The notes beneath the pieces are model-generated. The model saw only the letters and a program-made list of their open reading frames with translations. It was not told the origin of the DNA and made no database searches. Positions 62,801 to 64,000 of a stretch of 64,000 nt of DNA are shown here, one piece after another. The number at the start of each line of letters is the position of its first letter. Within the stretch, counting starts at the first letter, position 1. Origin of the DNA: Takakia lepidozioides (taxonomy: Eukaryota > Plantae > Bryophyta); assembly GCA_030704615.1 (NCBI GenBank), contig CM060733.1:73718001-73782000 (forward strand), written 5' to 3'. The translations under genes were made by a program, and so were the position numbers.

Positions 62801-64000
62801 AGAAACAGTGACATGTACAGCTCAAACAGTGTGCGCCAACGCAGACTGTTTGAGCTGCCACTGAATGGTTATTTCATCATCAGAAACGTGCCCTAAATGC
62901 CGAATTTTAACACCAAGAAAACAGTGACATGTTCAGCTGAAATAGTGTGCGCCAAGGCACACTGTTTGAGCTGCCACTGAATGGTTATTTCATCCTCAGA
63001 ACCGTGCCCTAAATGCCGAATTTAAACCGGGAAAACACTTAAATGTAGAGCTCAAACAGTGTGCGCCAACGCACACTGTTTGAGCTGCCACTGAATGGTT
63101 ATTTCATCCTCAGAACCGTGCCCTCAATGCCGAATTTAAACTGGAAAAACACTTAAATGTAGAGATCAAACAGTGTGCGCCAACGCACACTGTTTGAGCT
63201 GCCACTGAATGGTTATTTCATCATCATAAACCTGCTCTAAATTCCAAATTTTAACACCAGAAAAACACTTACATGTTCAGCTCAAACAGTGTGCGCGAAT
63301 GCACACTGTTTGAGCTGCCACTGAATGGTTATTTCATCCTCAGAAACGTGCCCTAAATGACGAATTTTAACACCAAAAAAACACTTACATGTTCAGCACA
63401 AACAGTGTGCGCCAACGCACATTGTTTGAACTGCCACTGAATGGTTATTTCATCATCATAAACCTGCACTGGAAGTCCGAATTTAACACGAAAAAAACAG
63501 TGACATGTACAGCTCAAACAGTGTGCGCCAACGCACACTGTTTGAGCTGCCACTGAATGGTTATTTCATCCTCAGAACCGTGCCCTAAATGCCGAATTTA
63601 AACCGGAAAAACACTTAAATGTAGAGCTCAAACAATGTGCGCCAACGCACACTGTTTGAGCTGCCACTGAATGGTTATTTCATCATCATAAACGTGCCCT
63701 GGAAGTCCGAATTTAACACCAAAAAAACAGTGACATGTACAGCTCAAACAGTGTGCGCCAACGCACACTGTTTGAGCTGCCACTGAATGGTTATTTCATC
63801 CTCAGAACCGTGCCCTAAATGCCGAATTTAAACCTGAAAAACACTTAAATGTACAGCTCAGACAGTGTGCGCCAACGCACACTGTTTGAGCTGCCACTGA
63901 ATGGTTATTTCATCCTCAGAAACGTGCCCTAAATGCCGAATTCTAAAACCAAAAAAACACTTACATGTTCAGCTCAAACAGTGTGCGCCAACGCACACTA
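59878..64000. repeat. ~116-bp tandem satellite (~35 units) containing a 40-bp hairpin; runs off the window
   Basis: Units start at 59881, 59997, 60113...; core CAGCTCAAACAGTGTGCG-ccaa-CGCACACTGTTTGAGCTG. Confidence 0.97.

Noticed and set aside
59878-64000. CRISPR, tRNA or 5S rRNA array
   Set aside because: The whole monomer repeats; no cloverleaf or recognisable 5S sequence.

Overview
Eukaryotic, very probably plant (bryophyte, fern or lycophyte-like; inferred) heterochromatic window made almost entirely of nested, mostly decayed transposons, with no recognisable host gene. From left to right: (1) a Ty3/gypsy element whose pol region carries a C5 cytosine methyltransferase upstream of RT-RNaseH-integrase and a PHD finger after integrase (2.1-6.4 kb); (2) a Mutator/MULE transposase (DDE + SWIM) with a right TIR (7.1-10.3 kb); (3) a second gypsy element (tRNA-iMet PBS, two small paralogous ORFs, gag, PR, RT) cut off by (4) a non-autonomous MULE-like element, present as two overlapping inverted parts (14.4-20.9 kb and 34.4-39.4 kb), that carries a spliced gene with a degenerate N4/N6 amino-methyltransferase-like SAM-binding motif, arrays of the 24-bp CG palindrome ATGAATTTCGGCGCCGAAATTCAT, a SWIM remnant and a small accessory ORF; (5) several copies of a third gypsy family (five ~980-bp LTRs, an extra ORF before gag, a ~1250-aa extra ORF after integrase) nested three-deep into each other with recognisable 5-bp TSDs; (6) a 500-N gap and a terminal ~116-bp hairpin-containing satellite. 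Several abrupt, partly inverted junctions suggest rearrangement or misassembly.
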